NCBI GenBank assembly: GCA_963796105.1
Contig: CAWCKJ010000011.1
Coordinates: 1 to 64,000, forward strand
DNA from: a candidate division FCPU426 bacterium
GTDB taxonomy: Bacteria > Oederibacteriota > Muellerivitia > Muellerivitales > Muellerivitaceae
Reading direction: 5' to 3'
Length of the DNA stretch: 64,000 bases
In this document: positions 42,550 through 52,769 of the stretch, in pieces
Numbering within the stretch: the stretch's first letter is position 1
Layout of the letters: each line of letters begins with the position of its first letter
Notes under the pieces: generated by a model
Seen by the model: only the letters and a program-made list of their open reading frames with translations
Databases searched by the model: none
Told to the model about the DNA's origin: nothing
Position numbers and translations under genes: made by a program

Positions 42550-43818
42550 TTAAATCACCAAACGGCGAATAATGGTTTTTCCAAGTTTCTCCGGACTATG
42601 CCGGACAAAATCCTTGCGGTGAAGCAAATTAGCCTGAATGAGCTTGACGCCCAGTTTTTCAACAGCTTCCTCATCGATCCTCACTGGTTCCTGATGGGAG
42701 GCCAAGTACCGCTCCAATAGCGGCGGGGGAACCGGTTCCTTATTGGCGATGACATAATGGACGTAATGGGGGGCGGTATGGGCAAGAAGGACCCGGACAT
42801 GGTCGGAAACGCTGTAACCGTCCGTTTCACCCGGCTGGGTCATGATGTTACACACGTAGATTTTAACCGCCCTAGAAAGGGCGATCGTGGAAGCTACCTC
42901 TTCAATGAGCAGGTTGGGCAGGATGCTGGTGAAAAGGCTTCCAGGTCCAAGGACGATGGCGTCAGCCTCTAAAATGGCCTTCAAAGCGTCCTTGTTCGGG
43001 CGGACCTTTTTACCCTTGAGCTGAACCCTTTGGATGGGAGCCTTCCCCAACGGGATCTTGGATTCCCCCGTCACCAATTTCCCGTTTTTCAACCTGGCTT
43101 GAAGGACCATCGGGTCGAAGGTGACCGGCATGACCGTTCCCCTGGTGGCGAACAGGCGGCTGGATTCCTCCACCGCCATCCCGAAATCACCGGTAATTTC
43201 CTTCATCACCGTGATAAAAAGATTCCCGAAACTGTGTCCCTTCAAGTCCCCGTGGCTCTTGAAGCGGTATTGGAAAAGGTGGTTCAAGAGGGTTTCCTGG
43301 TCGGCTAATGCCACGATACAGTTTCGGATATCGCCCGGAGGGGGCGTTCCGAAATCCCTCCGAAGCCTTCCGGAACTTCCCCCGTCGTCGGCCACCGTCA
43401 CCACCGCCGTGAGGTTGCTCGTGTAATGCTTGAGGCTGTAAAGCACGTTGGGAAGGCCCGTTCCGCCCCCGACCGCGACGATTCGGGGCCCCCTTTTCAA
43501 CCGCAAACGGCTGTGGGCGATGTTAATGAAATCCCTCTCCCGGGCTGGAATGAGGATGGTCAAAACTCCGTAAATAGCCCTCCGAATGCCCAGGATGATT
43601 CCGAACAAAGCGAGAGCGATGAAAAGAAAATCGACGAATTTAAGGTGCTGGAGGTGTTCCCCGAATTCCTGGATCGGCCTGGGGTTGTAATGCAGGCCGG
43701 AAGTGTAACGGCTCATAATTCCGGATAAACCCACCATGAGGACAACGACCGAGAGGGCCAGGAGAAAAAACCAACGCTTGAGGCGCATGCCGGGATATAG
43801 CCAACGGAAACCGGTCAT
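42550..43818 (-). CDS. yvcK: YvcK/GlmR family (UPF0052) protein with N-terminal TM segments
   Basis: GGGTGL, VTVADDGGSSGRLR, PPGDIRNC, GHSFGNL, GPGSLFTS, MTQPGET. Confidence 0.93.
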   Translation of the reverse strand: MTGFRWLYPGMRLKRWFFLLALSVVVLMVGLSGIMSRYTSGLHYNPRPIQEFGEHLQHLKFVDFLFIALALFGIILGIRRAIYGVLTILIPARERDFINIAHSRLRLKRGPRIVAVGGGTGLPNVLYSLKHYTSNLTAVVTVADDGGSSGRLRRDFGTPPPGDIRNCIVALADQETLLNHLFQYRFKSHGDLKGHSFGNLFITVMKEITGDFGMAVEESSRLFATRGTVMPVTFDPMVLQARLKNGKLVTGESKIPLGKAPIQRVQLKGKKVRPNKDALKAILEADAIVLGPGSLFTSILPNLLIEEVASTIALSRAVKIYVCNIMTQPGETDGYSVSDHVRVLLAHTAPHYVHYVIANKEPVPPPLLERYLASHQEPVRIDEEAVEKLGVKLIQANLLHRKDFVRHSPEKLGKTIIRRLVI

Positions 43819-44789
43819 TCACGCGGTTCCTTCGGAGGGGATGCTTTTTTGCCGGAGGATTCCTCCACCATGATGCGGGTCACGCGGTCCGCGAATTCCT
43901 GGGCGGTAAAATAACCCAGCTTCATCAGGCGGTTATTCATGGCGGCGACCTCAATGATGACCGCCAGGTTTCTTCCCGGCCGGACGGGAATGACGAATGT
44001 GGGTATATCCACGTCGAAAATCTTGTGCGAGGCCGGGGTCAACCCTATCCGGTCGTATTCTTTTTTGTTGTTCCATTCCTCCAATCGGATGACCAGCTCA
44101 ATTCTTTTCTTGTCCCGGATGGCCCCCACCCCGAATAGGCTTTCGACGTTAATGATGCCAAGGCCCCGGATTTCCATGTGATGCTTGATGATCTCCGATC
44201 GGGAACCCATGAGGATTCTCTGCGCCATCCGCTTGATATAAACCAAATCATCCGCCACGAGCCGATGCCCGCGCTCGACCAGTTCCAGAGCGCACTCGCT
44301 CTTGCCGATGCCGGAATCCCCCAGGATAAGCACCCCCACCCCGTAAACATCCAGCAGGGTGCCGTGAATGGTGGTTTCGGGGGCGAACTCCTCCTCGAGA
44401 AAAACGGAAATCTCTGAAACAAACTTGGTAGTCGGGGTCGGCGTGGTGAAAATCGGGATTTTTTGTTTCCGGGCCTCCGTCACCATCTCAGCCGGCGGTT
44501 TCATCTTGTGGGTGACCACGACGCAGGGAAGCCGGTAGGAAAGGAGGGCCTTGAATATTTTCTTGCGTTGGGCCGGCTTCAAGGTGCCCAAGTAATGTAT
44601 CTCGGTCTTCCCGATGACTTGAAGCCTTTCATAAGCGAACCATTTGAGATACCCCGTCAGGGCCATCCCCATGCGGTTGATGTCCACGCTGACGATGTAC
44701 CGGTCCGCCATCCCTTCCTCGACCAGCGGTAAAAGGCGGAGCCTTTCCTTGGCCTGTTGGAAGAGGGCTTCCACCGAAATTTTTTTCAT
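43815..44789 (-). CDS. hprK: HPr(Ser) kinase/phosphorylase
   Basis: HG...GVLILGDSGIGKSECALEL..RGHRLVADD, EIRGLGII, PVRPGRNLA. Confidence 0.97.
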   Translation of the reverse strand: MKKISVEALFQQAKERLRLLPLVEEGMADRYIVSVDINRMGMALTGYLKWFAYERLQVIGKTEIHYLGTLKPAQRKKIFKALLSYRLPCVVVTHKMKPPAEMVTEARKQKIPIFTTPTPTTKFVSEISVFLEEEFAPETTIHGTLLDVYGVGVLILGDSGIGKSECALELVERGHRLVADDLVYIKRMAQRILMGSRSEIIKHHMEIRGLGIINVESLFGVGAIRDKKRIELVIRLEEWNNKKEYDRIGLTPASHKIFDVDIPTFVIPVRPGRNLAVIIEVAAMNNRLMKLGYFTAQEFADRVTRIMVEESSGKKASPPKEPRE

Positions 44790-44897
44790 AAGATTTCCCC
44801 GGAAAATTCAATCCCATTGAATGTTTGGCCCCGAAGCCCCTTTTCGATGGAATTCCGAACAGGCTCAAGGCGGAAGGAGGTCAATCGCTCATCCCGA

Positions 44898-45362
44898 TTA
44901 GTGCTTTAATTTTTCTTCCTCTTGGATGATCTTAACCACTTCCTCGGGCGTTTTCGCCACCAGAAGGGTTTTACGGAAATATTTATCCTTTAAAAGGCTG
45001 GAAATACGGGCCAAGGCCTTCAGATGGGCTCCCGCGGCCCCTTCCGGAGCCACCAATAGGAAGAAAATGTTGACCGGCTCCCCGTCCAAGGAATCGAAGC
45101 TGATGCCCTCGGGGGATAGGCCGAAGGCGGCCGCGAGGTCGGTCACCGTGTCGGATTTGCCGTGGGGAATGGCGATTCCCTGGCCGATTCCCGTGGAACC
45201 CAGGTCCTCCCTTTCCACCAGCGTCTGAACCATTTTTTTCTTGTCCTTGACCTTGCCGGTTTTCACCAGCAATTCCACCAGCTCCTTGATGACATCCTTC
45301 TTGTTTTTGGACTCTAAAGAAATTTTTATGGCGTCACTCGATAAAAAATCCAGGATCTGCAT
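44898..45362 (-). CDS. ptsN: PTS EIIA, fructose/nitrogen-regulatory type (PtsN-like)
   Basis: ERE.LGSTGIG.GIAIPH, FDSLDGEPV, HLKALARI; ATG 45362 with GGGAGG RBS; follows rpoN-hpf. Confidence 0.85.
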   Translation of the reverse strand: MQILDFLSSDAIKISLESKNKKDVIKELVELLVKTGKVKDKKKMVQTLVEREDLGSTGIGQGIAIPHGKSDTVTDLAAAFGLSPEGISFDSLDGEPVNIFFLLVAPEGAAGAHLKALARISSLLKDKYFRKTLLVAKTPEEVVKIIQEEEKLKH

Positions 45363-45424
45363 TCCTATTCCTCCCACCTTCGCGGTTGATATTTCGGATA
45401 AAGCCTTGCTCAAAACCTCTCATC

Positions 45425-45961
45425 TTAAAAATCAGGCGAAATAAGGCCGATATGATTGTCCTTCCTTTTATATACGACGCTGGTCTTGTCGGTTTCTGCG
45501 TCGAAGAAAACAAGAAACTCATTTTTCGAGGCGGTCAATTGAAGGGCGGCTTCCTCCACTGTCATGGGCTTGATTTCGAACTTCTTGGTCTTGATGACTT
45601 TGATCTCATCCCCTTCCACGGGGGTGGAGATCAAACCATGAACGACCGAAAGAGCCTTTCCTCCCTCGGAATGGCGCCTTTCCACCCTTTTTTCTTTTTG
45701 CTTCCTGGCTTGTTTTTCCAGACGCTCCAGGGCGGAATCGATCGACTGGTACATGTCCCGGGAGGAGGACTTGGCGCTGAGTTTGAGAAACTTGGCTACC
45801 AGATTGACCTCGCAAGTATGCAGGTTCTTCTCGAAAGTCAGGATCACGTGGGCTTCCCGGATATTACCCAGGTATTTTTCCACCCTTTGAATTTTGTCCT
45901 GGATATGGTCCTTCAAGCCTTCGCTCAAGTTTTCATGCCGGCTGGTAATGAGGATCTTCAT
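45425..45961 (-). CDS. hpf: Ribosome hibernation promoting factor, long HPF/RaiA type
   Basis: MKILITSRH, DMYQSID...LEKQ, C-terminal KPMTVEEAALQL...VVYKRKD..IGLI. Confidence 0.93.
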   Translation of the reverse strand: MKILITSRHENLSEGLKDHIQDKIQRVEKYLGNIREAHVILTFEKNLHTCEVNLVAKFLKLSAKSSSRDMYQSIDSALERLEKQARKQKEKRVERRHSEGGKALSVVHGLISTPVEGDEIKVIKTKKFEIKPMTVEEAALQLTASKNEFLVFFDAETDKTSVVYKRKDNHIGLISPDF

Positions 45962-46275
45962 CGTGGAATCTGTTTTTCTGAACAAAAAGCCCCCCAAGTT
46001 GGTTTCTTTTTAAAAGCACGAGGAAAATGAGAAGTTATTCTAACATTCGACCCCCGGAAGTCAATCCAGGGAAGCGGCGGACAAACCTAAATGTTCTTGA
46101 TCTCCCAAGGTAAAAACATGGAGGTAAAAAACAAAACCTCTAATTTGAAGAGTCCAGGGACGGCCCTCCGCACCGCAGCCTAGGGCAGGGCTTCAGGTGG
46201 CCACTTGGCCGGTGCCTGAAACCGGCCGGTCAAAAGTTGGCGACCGTTGATTGTTTGTTGACACCGGATTTATTG

Positions 46276-47805
46276 TCACAATTTTCGGCGTTGAGAAGCC
46301 GGGGGAATCCTCAATTCCTCTCGGTACTTGGCGATGGTCCTGCGGGCGATGGAAAGGCCCTGCCCATTTAACACCTGCATGATCTTCTGGTCGGAATAAG
46401 GCCTTTGGGTACTTTCCTGTTCCACCAGCTCTTTTATTTTTTGTTTGACCGACAGGGAGGATATGTCCATCCCGTCGGAAGATTCCAACCCGCTTGAGAA
46501 GAAATACTTCAGCTCGAAAAGCCCCCGCTCGGTTTGGACGTACTTGTGGGTGGTCACCCGGCTGATCGTGGACTCGTGCATCCCGACCATGTCCGCCACC
46601 TGCTTTAAGGTGAGGGGTTTCAATCCGCTGACGCCTTTCTCGAGAAAATCCCTCTGGATCCTGAATATGGCTTCCGTGACTTTATAAATGGTCTTACGGC
46701 GCTGTTCGATGTTCTTGATAAGCCAAACCGCCGACTGGATTTTTCCCTCCAGGAACTTCTTGGTCTCCTTGCTCCCCGCCGCGGTTTTATCCTTCATGAG
46801 CTTCCGGTAATAGGAGGATACCCGAAGCCTGGGGACGGGCTCGTCGTTGAGTACCACGACGTACTCGCCCTCGATCTTCCGGATGCTGACGTCTGGTGTT
46901 ACAAACTTGGTATCCTCCTCCTCGAATGCCCGGCCCGGTTTGGGTTCCAAGGTGCCGATATAGGCCAGGATTTCCCTGAGTTGTTCCTCGGTGCACTGCA
47001 GGGCCCGCAGGATGGGCTGGTATCTCTTCTTCTCCATGTCCTCGAAATGGTCCCGGACCACCTGGTCGGCCTTGAGCGCGATTTCTCCCTTTCGGCTTTC
47101 CAGCTGGAGCAATAGGCATTCGCGCAGGTCCCGCGCCCCCACGCCGGGCGGGTCGAAGGACTGGATGAGCCTCAGCATTTTCTCGATCTTGGCGGAGGAT
47201 ACTTTCTGGGCCGCCGCGATATTCTCAATGGTTTCAGTCAGGTAGCCGTGCACGTCCAGGTTGCCAATGAGGACTTTTCCCAGGGTTTTCTCTTCCTCAT
47301 CCCTGGATATCATCATGAGCTGCCACTCCAGGCTATCAGCGAGGGTCTGGGCGCGGCTGATGGAGGCTTCCATGAAATCCCTCTTGTCCTGCATTCCCTG
47401 GGAGTCCTCGCTCCCCCCCCAGGAGCCCTCGCCGGCTCCATCGTAGTCCTCGCCCTCGTTGTAAAGATCCCAGGTAGCTTTCTTGAATTGGTCCCCTTCC
47501 CGGAGGTTCTCCACTAAATCCGTTTGGCGGGTCTGCTTCATTTTTTCCAGGATGATGTCCTGGTCCGGCAGGGGGGCTTCCTCGGTCAGGTTGGCGGCCG
47601 CAGCGGGGGCGCTTTTATCCCCCGCGGTCTCGGCGGGAGCTTCCTCGTTCTCCTCCTCGAGGACGGGATTCTCCATCATTTCCTTCTCGACCCATTCTTT
47701 GAGTTCCAGCGTGGATAGCTGGAGTATCTTCATGGCCAATTGCAACATGGGGGTCATGATCATGCGCTGCTGCATCTTTTGATTCATTCCGAATTGTTGG
47801 CGCAT
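46276..47805 (-). CDS. rpoN: RNA polymerase sigma-54 factor
   Basis: Q/L-rich region I, NPVLE, DPPGVGARDLRECL, HESTISRV, RpoN box ARRTIAKYRE; ATG 47805 with GGAG RBS. Confidence 0.97.
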   Translation of the reverse strand: MRQQFGMNQKMQQRMIMTPMLQLAMKILQLSTLELKEWVEKEMMENPVLEEENEEAPAETAGDKSAPAAAANLTEEAPLPDQDIILEKMKQTRQTDLVENLREGDQFKKATWDLYNEGEDYDGAGEGSWGGSEDSQGMQDKRDFMEASISRAQTLADSLEWQLMMISRDEEEKTLGKVLIGNLDVHGYLTETIENIAAAQKVSSAKIEKMLRLIQSFDPPGVGARDLRECLLLQLESRKGEIALKADQVVRDHFEDMEKKRYQPILRALQCTEEQLREILAYIGTLEPKPGRAFEEEDTKFVTPDVSIRKIEGEYVVVLNDEPVPRLRVSSYYRKLMKDKTAAGSKETKKFLEGKIQSAVWLIKNIEQRRKTIYKVTEAIFRIQRDFLEKGVSGLKPLTLKQVADMVGMHESTISRVTTHKYVQTERGLFELKYFFSSGLESSDGMDISSLSVKQKIKELVEQESTQRPYSDQKIMQVLNGQGLSIARRTIAKYREELRIPPASQRRKL

Positions 47806-47974
47806 AATCGATGCCACTCCAAAAATAAAAGTCTTAAGCAAGAATTATACCTTTTTTAATTGTTCGGGTCTTTATCTTATAAAAACGAAAGATTGAAGGT
47901 TTTTAAAGGGCTTTATCCAGGGGGGTCGATCTCAAAATCCCGTCATTGGAATACTTCCGAAAAGAATCAGGGAG

Positions 47975-49216
47975 TTATTTCCCCCCTGATTTCCCTTCCC
48001 AACCCGGCTTAAACTTTGTTTTTTCCCATTGCCTGATCCAATAATCCAAGTCGAAAGGTTTTGGAAAATCCAGGCCCCCTCCCGGATAGGCCTTTCCGGC
48101 TTTGTAAACCCTTTGGATGGTCCTGAAATTCTCGGGATGCCGGAGGGGATCATTTCGTAATATAACCAAATCGGCCCATTTGCCTTTCACGATGGATCCC
48201 AGGCGGTCCTCCAGACCCAGAATTTTCGCCGCGTCGGAGGTGGCCATCTTCAGGCACTGCAGGGAGGACAACCCCGAGATTTGCAGGTCGGACCATTCCT
48301 TGACGGAAACCCCGTAAGGCATATGCGGATTCCCCGCGTCGGTTCCATAGGCGACCTGTCCCCCCAGGGTGAGGAATTTCCCCAAGTTTTTACGGCTCTG
48401 ATCGTGCCCAGCCTTGAAGCCCAGGTGGCAAAACTGCCCGAAAGGATGTTCCGAACGGCGGCGCCATTCCTCGGCCCATCCCGCGTGGGCATGGAGGGTA
48501 GGCAGGATTAAAACTCCCTTGCGTGCGGCCTCCTTCCAAAGGTCGTCCGATAGCGGGCGGGAGGGCATGTGGGCCATCTCATCCACGTTGAATTTCAGGC
48601 AAAGCTCGAAATCAGCTTCGTTGGTGATATGCGCAGTCACCCTTTTTCCCAGGGCATGGGCCGCTTTCACGATTCCTTCCACCTCGGCTTCCGAAAGGCA
48701 CGGCCCCAGTTCGTGTTCCAGGCCGATCTTGATGACATCCATTCCCAATCCGCAAAGCTTTCTGACTTTTTCCTGGGCCTGGTAGCGCCCCTGGACCGGC
48801 GCCGCGATCTTGGGGCCCCAAACGTTCTGGGGATAGCCTCCTGGACAGGTCAGGACCGGCCCGGCGGTGTATATGCGGGGCGAATCGATGAGGCCAGAGC
48901 GTTCCTTGGCTTTCCATTCGAGGGCCTCGAACACGTCGCAAGCCAGGTCGCGGATGGTGGTGACGCCTGTTTGAAGGAAGGAAAGAAGACTGTCTTGGTC
49001 CACGAGCCCGTGGACATGCAGGTCGATCAGCCCCGGAAGGACAAACAGCCCCTCTGCGGCGTAAATCTCCTCAGCTTCGTAAGAGGGGGCCTGCCGGTGG
49101 GGCCCTGCATAGGCAATGGTGTCTCCTGAAATGAGAATCGTCGCCTCGGAAAGGGGTTTATCGCCTATTCCGTCATAAATCGTGGCTTTCTCGATGGCGG
49201 TTTGAACTTTCAGCAT
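47975..49216 (-). CDS. Metal-dependent amidohydrolase family protein
   Basis: LPGLIDLHVH, GVTTIRD, VTAH, GTDAG, GSIVKGKWADLV. Confidence 0.9.
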   Translation of the reverse strand: MLKVQTAIEKATIYDGIGDKPLSEATILISGDTIAYAGPHRQAPSYEAEEIYAAEGLFVLPGLIDLHVHGLVDQDSLLSFLQTGVTTIRDLACDVFEALEWKAKERSGLIDSPRIYTAGPVLTCPGGYPQNVWGPKIAAPVQGRYQAQEKVRKLCGLGMDVIKIGLEHELGPCLSEAEVEGIVKAAHALGKRVTAHITNEADFELCLKFNVDEMAHMPSRPLSDDLWKEAARKGVLILPTLHAHAGWAEEWRRRSEHPFGQFCHLGFKAGHDQSRKNLGKFLTLGGQVAYGTDAGNPHMPYGVSVKEWSDLQISGLSSLQCLKMATSDAAKILGLEDRLGSIVKGKWADLVILRNDPLRHPENFRTIQRVYKAGKAYPGGGLDFPKPFDLDYWIRQWEKTKFKPGWEGKSGGK

Positions 49217-49279
49217 AGAACTTCCCAACCCTTTTCCATCCCGGCTCTTAAACCCATCCGGGAATGCCCAATAGGGACG

Positions 49280-50119
49280 TTAGTGATCAAACAAACCGTT
49301 CAAAAGGAAAGCCAGCCTTATGCCGGCCTTTTCCAGCTGGCGCTCCACGATGCGCCTCATCTTTCCGGAATAATAATCCTTTGGCAAATCTTTTCCCCAG
49401 CGGCCTTTAGGCACAGGACCTCTGGGCAGTTCGGAATAAATATCCCCCTGGGCGATGAGAAAACTCTCATAGGCCCAGTCGGCCGGCTTGCCCCTGGCCC
49501 AGTCATTTTCCTCATCCTGGCCGATTTCATTTTCCAGCTTCTTTGCAAGCCTGGCTGGATTTTCCTTGGTATGGGTCTCCAAGAGATGATCCCAAAAACT
49601 ATGAAGATTAATCCAAGTATAACGGCCGAAGGGCCCCCTGGGACGATAACGGAACCATTTCTCGTTCCCGCCCCGGTCGTGGTCATCCACGCAATGCAGG
49701 GGCTGGTGCAGGTCCCCCACGAAATGCACCAAGAACTTGAGGGCTTCCCGCTTTTCCCACCGCGGGGCGAATGGCATGCGCAGTATCCCCAGGTCCTTCA
49801 GGATTTGGTCCACCACGCAATCATGGTTCCTGCAGGAGCCCGAAAGGTCGAACTCGTTCTCGGGCTGGCGCACGTCCAGGTTCAGGTAATGCCAGGGGGC
49901 CGTCTCGGGCCGCCGGTCCACGATGGTGTCGGCCCAAGTGGATACCGAAACCAAGTCATCATTTCGGCCTAGGATTTCCTGGATTTCACCCCGGGCTTGG
50001 GCGGTCAATTGGTCCTGGGCGATCCAAGCCACGGTCTGATGCCCTACCGCCCCCCACCCCAAAAGACTTCCCGGGCCGGATAAAACTGCCGCTGTCACGA
50101 AGAGAAACTTTTTCCCCAT
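49280..50119 (-). CDS. S1/P1 nuclease, secreted
   Basis: Signal peptide followed by WGAVGH, WAD, WHY, HFVGDLHQPLH, DRGGN, NLHSFWD. Confidence 0.93.
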   Translation of the reverse strand: MGKKFLFVTAAVLSGPGSLLGWGAVGHQTVAWIAQDQLTAQARGEIQEILGRNDDLVSVSTWADTIVDRRPETAPWHYLNLDVRQPENEFDLSGSCRNHDCVVDQILKDLGILRMPFAPRWEKREALKFLVHFVGDLHQPLHCVDDHDRGGNEKWFRYRPRGPFGRYTWINLHSFWDHLLETHTKENPARLAKKLENEIGQDEENDWARGKPADWAYESFLIAQGDIYSELPRGPVPKGRWGKDLPKDYYSGKMRRIVERQLEKAGIRLAFLLNGLFDH

Positions 50120-50133
50120 GATCTTTCCCCGAT

Positions 50134-50161
50134 AAAAAAAAGCCCGGGGCTTTCCCGGGCT
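50134..50161 (-). terminator. Rho-independent terminator downstream of ino1
   Basis: Minus strand AGCCCGGG-AAAGC-CCCGGGCT followed by a T7 run. Confidence 0.8.
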
Positions 50162-50194
50162 GATTCACTTTTAATTTTCGAGACCCCATCCACT

Positions 50195-51295
50195 TCATCT
50201 GACTTTGATGGCTTCCCCCGCTTTGGCGTGCTGGGTGATAAAAACCTCCACCAGCTCGTGGGCCTCGGAGTCGGAATACTGCACCGGCGGCGTCTTAAAG
50301 AAATAGGAGGAAGGCCCTTCCATGGCGCCGGAAAGTTTCGCGTCCAGGGCCATTTTACAGCAACGGATGGCGTCAATGGAAACTCCCGCGCTGTTGGGGG
50401 AATCCCAGACCTCCAGCTTGAGCTCGATGGAAACAGGGACATCGCCGAATTCCCTGCCCTCCAGCCGGATATGCGCCCACTTCCGGTCCTTAAGCCAAGG
50501 CACGTAGTCCGAGGGGCCGATATAGATATCCTCGGGCTTGATGGGATGGGAGAGCTGGCTGACTACCGCCCCGGTCTTGGAGATTTTCTTGGATTCCAGC
50601 CTTTCCCTCTCCAGCATGTTCTTGAAATCCATGTTGCCGCCGAAATTCAGCTGGGAGGTGCGGTCCAGGATGACTCCCCGGTCGGAGAACATTTTCGCCA
50701 GGACACGGTGGGTGATGGTGGCGCCCACCTGGGCCTTGATGTCGTCCCCCAGGACCGGCAGTCCCGCCTTTTCGAACTTTTTCGCCCAGGCCGGGTTGGA
50801 GGCGATGAAAACAGGCATGCAATTGACCACGCCCACGCCCGCCTTCATGGCCTCGTTCATGTAGAATTTCGCGGCTTCCTCGCTGCCCACAGGCAGGTAA
50901 TTGACTAGGACGTCGGTCTTGGTTTCCTTCAATACGGCCGCCACATCCACTGGTTTCTCCGTGGATTCGGTGATGGTTTGCCTGTAGTACTTGCCCAGCC
51001 CGTCCAGAGTGGGGCCCCGATGGACCTTCACGCCAGTGTTGGGAACATCCGAAAATTTGATCGTGTTATTGATGGGCTCGAAAACCGCCTCAGCAAGGTC
51101 CTTCCCGACCTTGTCGGCGTCCACGTCGAAGGCGCAGGAGAACTCGATATCCCCCACATGGTACTTTCCGAGGCGTACATGCATGAGGCCCGGCACGAAG
51201 ACTTCCTCCTCCGCGTCCCGGTAAAACCTCACGCCTTGCACCAGGGACGAGGCGCAGCAACCCACTCCCACCAAAGCCACTCGGATCTTGGACAT
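50195..51295 (-). CDS. ino1: Myo-inositol-1-phosphate synthase
   Basis: [73 protein letters not shown]. Confidence 0.95.
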   Translation of the reverse strand: MSKIRVALVGVGCCASSLVQGVRFYRDAEEEVFVPGLMHVRLGKYHVGDIEFSCAFDVDADKVGKDLAEAVFEPINNTIKFSDVPNTGVKVHRGPTLDGLGKYYRQTITESTEKPVDVAAVLKETKTDVLVNYLPVGSEEAAKFYMNEAMKAGVGVVNCMPVFIASNPAWAKKFEKAGLPVLGDDIKAQVGATITHRVLAKMFSDRGVILDRTSQLNFGGNMDFKNMLERERLESKKISKTGAVVSQLSHPIKPEDIYIGPSDYVPWLKDRKWAHIRLEGREFGDVPVSIELKLEVWDSPNSAGVSIDAIRCCKMALDAKLSGAMEGPSSYFFKTPPVQYSDSEAHELVEVFITQHAKAGEAIKVR

Positions 51296-51345
51296 AATCA
51301 GGAAAACCTCCCGGCAAAATGACGGCAAAAAATCTTAAATGACTT

Positions 51346-51909
51346 TCAGGGCTGTGTCTCTTTCCAAACCCGGGCCACCCTCTGGATCACGGTTACCAGG
51401 GATAGAATCCCCACTAACGCCAAGGCCCAAGTGAGTTGAGCGGCCATCAGGCCCAGGGAGAGAAGGATCACCCTCCCGGGGCGCGGCAGGATTCCCACCT
51501 CGCAATTTATCCCCAAGCCCTCAGCCCTCGCCCTTGTATAGGGAACCAGGAAGGACAGGACTAAAACCGCGAAGGCAAGTACAAGGCCCTCCATAAATTG
51601 TTGGTGGTAATAATACAATAGAAACCCCATAAAAACGACGGCTTCCGAGACCCGGTCCAAAGTCGAGTCCCAAAATGACCCAAATGAGCCTTTGAAACCG
51701 CGATACCTCGCCAGGGAACCGTCCAAAACATCAAAAAAACCCGCGAGTAATAACCAGAAGCCGGCCTGGAACCACCTTTCACGGAACAATTCAAACGGGA
51801 CCATAAAAGTTATAAAAACCCCGGCCGTGGTCACCATATTGGGGCTGACATGGCACTTGGTGAGGAACCTGTTCAGGGGCGCCAGGATTCTGTCGATGGA
51901 AATTTTCAA
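51346..51909 (-). CDS. CDP-alcohol phosphatidyltransferase, probable phosphatidylinositol-phosphate synthase
   Basis: SPNMVT, DVLDGSLAR...GSFWDSTLDR, YTRARAEGLG...VG; adjacent to ino1; TTG start at 51909 inferred. Confidence 0.85.
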   Translation of the reverse strand: MKISIDRILAPLNRFLTKCHVSPNMVTTAGVFITFMVPFELFRERWFQAGFWLLLAGFFDVLDGSLARYRGFKGSFGSFWDSTLDRVSEAVVFMGFLLYYYHQQFMEGLVLAFAVLVLSFLVPYTRARAEGLGINCEVGILPRPGRVILLSLGLMAAQLTWALALVGILSLVTVIQRVARVWKETQP

Positions 51910-51958
51910 ATTATTTCTCTGCTGGATAGGTGGCTTGATGGAAGACTCCCGGTGGGTT

Positions 51959-52693
51959 TTAGAGTGAGAATCTTTCGCCCAGATAAATCTCACGCGCCTT
52001 CTGGTTGGAGGCAAGCTCGGAAGCGGTTCCAGAAAGAAGGATCTTTCCCTCGAATATGATATAAGCGCGGTCCACAATGGCCAGGGTCTCGCGGACATTG
52101 TGGTCGGTCATGAGGATCCCGATGTTCCTTTTCACCAGGAAGCGGATGATGTTCTGGATGTCTTGGACCGCGATGGGATCGATTCCCACGAATGGCTCGT
52201 CCAACAGGATGAAATGGGGCTGGAGGACAAGAGCCCTGGCGATTTCCGTGCGCCTCCTTTCCCCGCCGGACAAGGTGTAGGCCATTTGCTTGGCCAAATG
52301 GGAGATTTTCAACTCCTCCAGGAGCTCCTTCTTTTTCCTCTCGCGTTCGGCCGGGGACAAGGGCGTCAATTCCAGGATGGCCATGAGGTTATCCTCGACG
52401 GTCAACTTGCGGAATATGGATGGCTCCTGCGGCAGGTAGGCAATTCCCAGGCGCGCCCTTTTATACATGGGCAGGTGGGTGATTTCCCGGGCGTCGCCGT
52501 CCTCCTCGAAATAAACCTTTCCCTCGTTCGGGGCGATGAAACCCGTCGTCATGTAAAAGGTCGTGGTTTTGCCGGCCCCGTTCGGCCCCAAAAGGCCGAC
52601 GACCTCGCCCTGGTGGATCTCGATAGAGACATGGTCCACCACCTTCTTCTTGCTGTAGGTTTTGACCAGATTCTGGGTTCGAAGGGTTTTCAT
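51959..52693 (-). CDS. lptB: LPS export ABC transporter ATP-binding protein
   Basis: [59 protein letters not shown]. Confidence 0.97.
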   Translation of the reverse strand: MKTLRTQNLVKTYSKKKVVDHVSIEIHQGEVVGLLGPNGAGKTTTFYMTTGFIAPNEGKVYFEEDGDAREITHLPMYKRARLGIAYLPQEPSIFRKLTVEDNLMAILELTPLSPAERERKKKELLEELKISHLAKQMAYTLSGGERRRTEIARALVLQPHFILLDEPFVGIDPIAVQDIQNIIRFLVKRNIGILMTDHNVRETLAIVDRAYIIFEGKILLSGTASELASNQKAREIYLGERFSL

Positions 52694-52769
52694 TCTTTTT
52701 CCTTGATGATTAATATCTCAAAACAAAGCCCAAGTTTCCAAAGACTTACTTATTTTATCCCGCGCCCTG

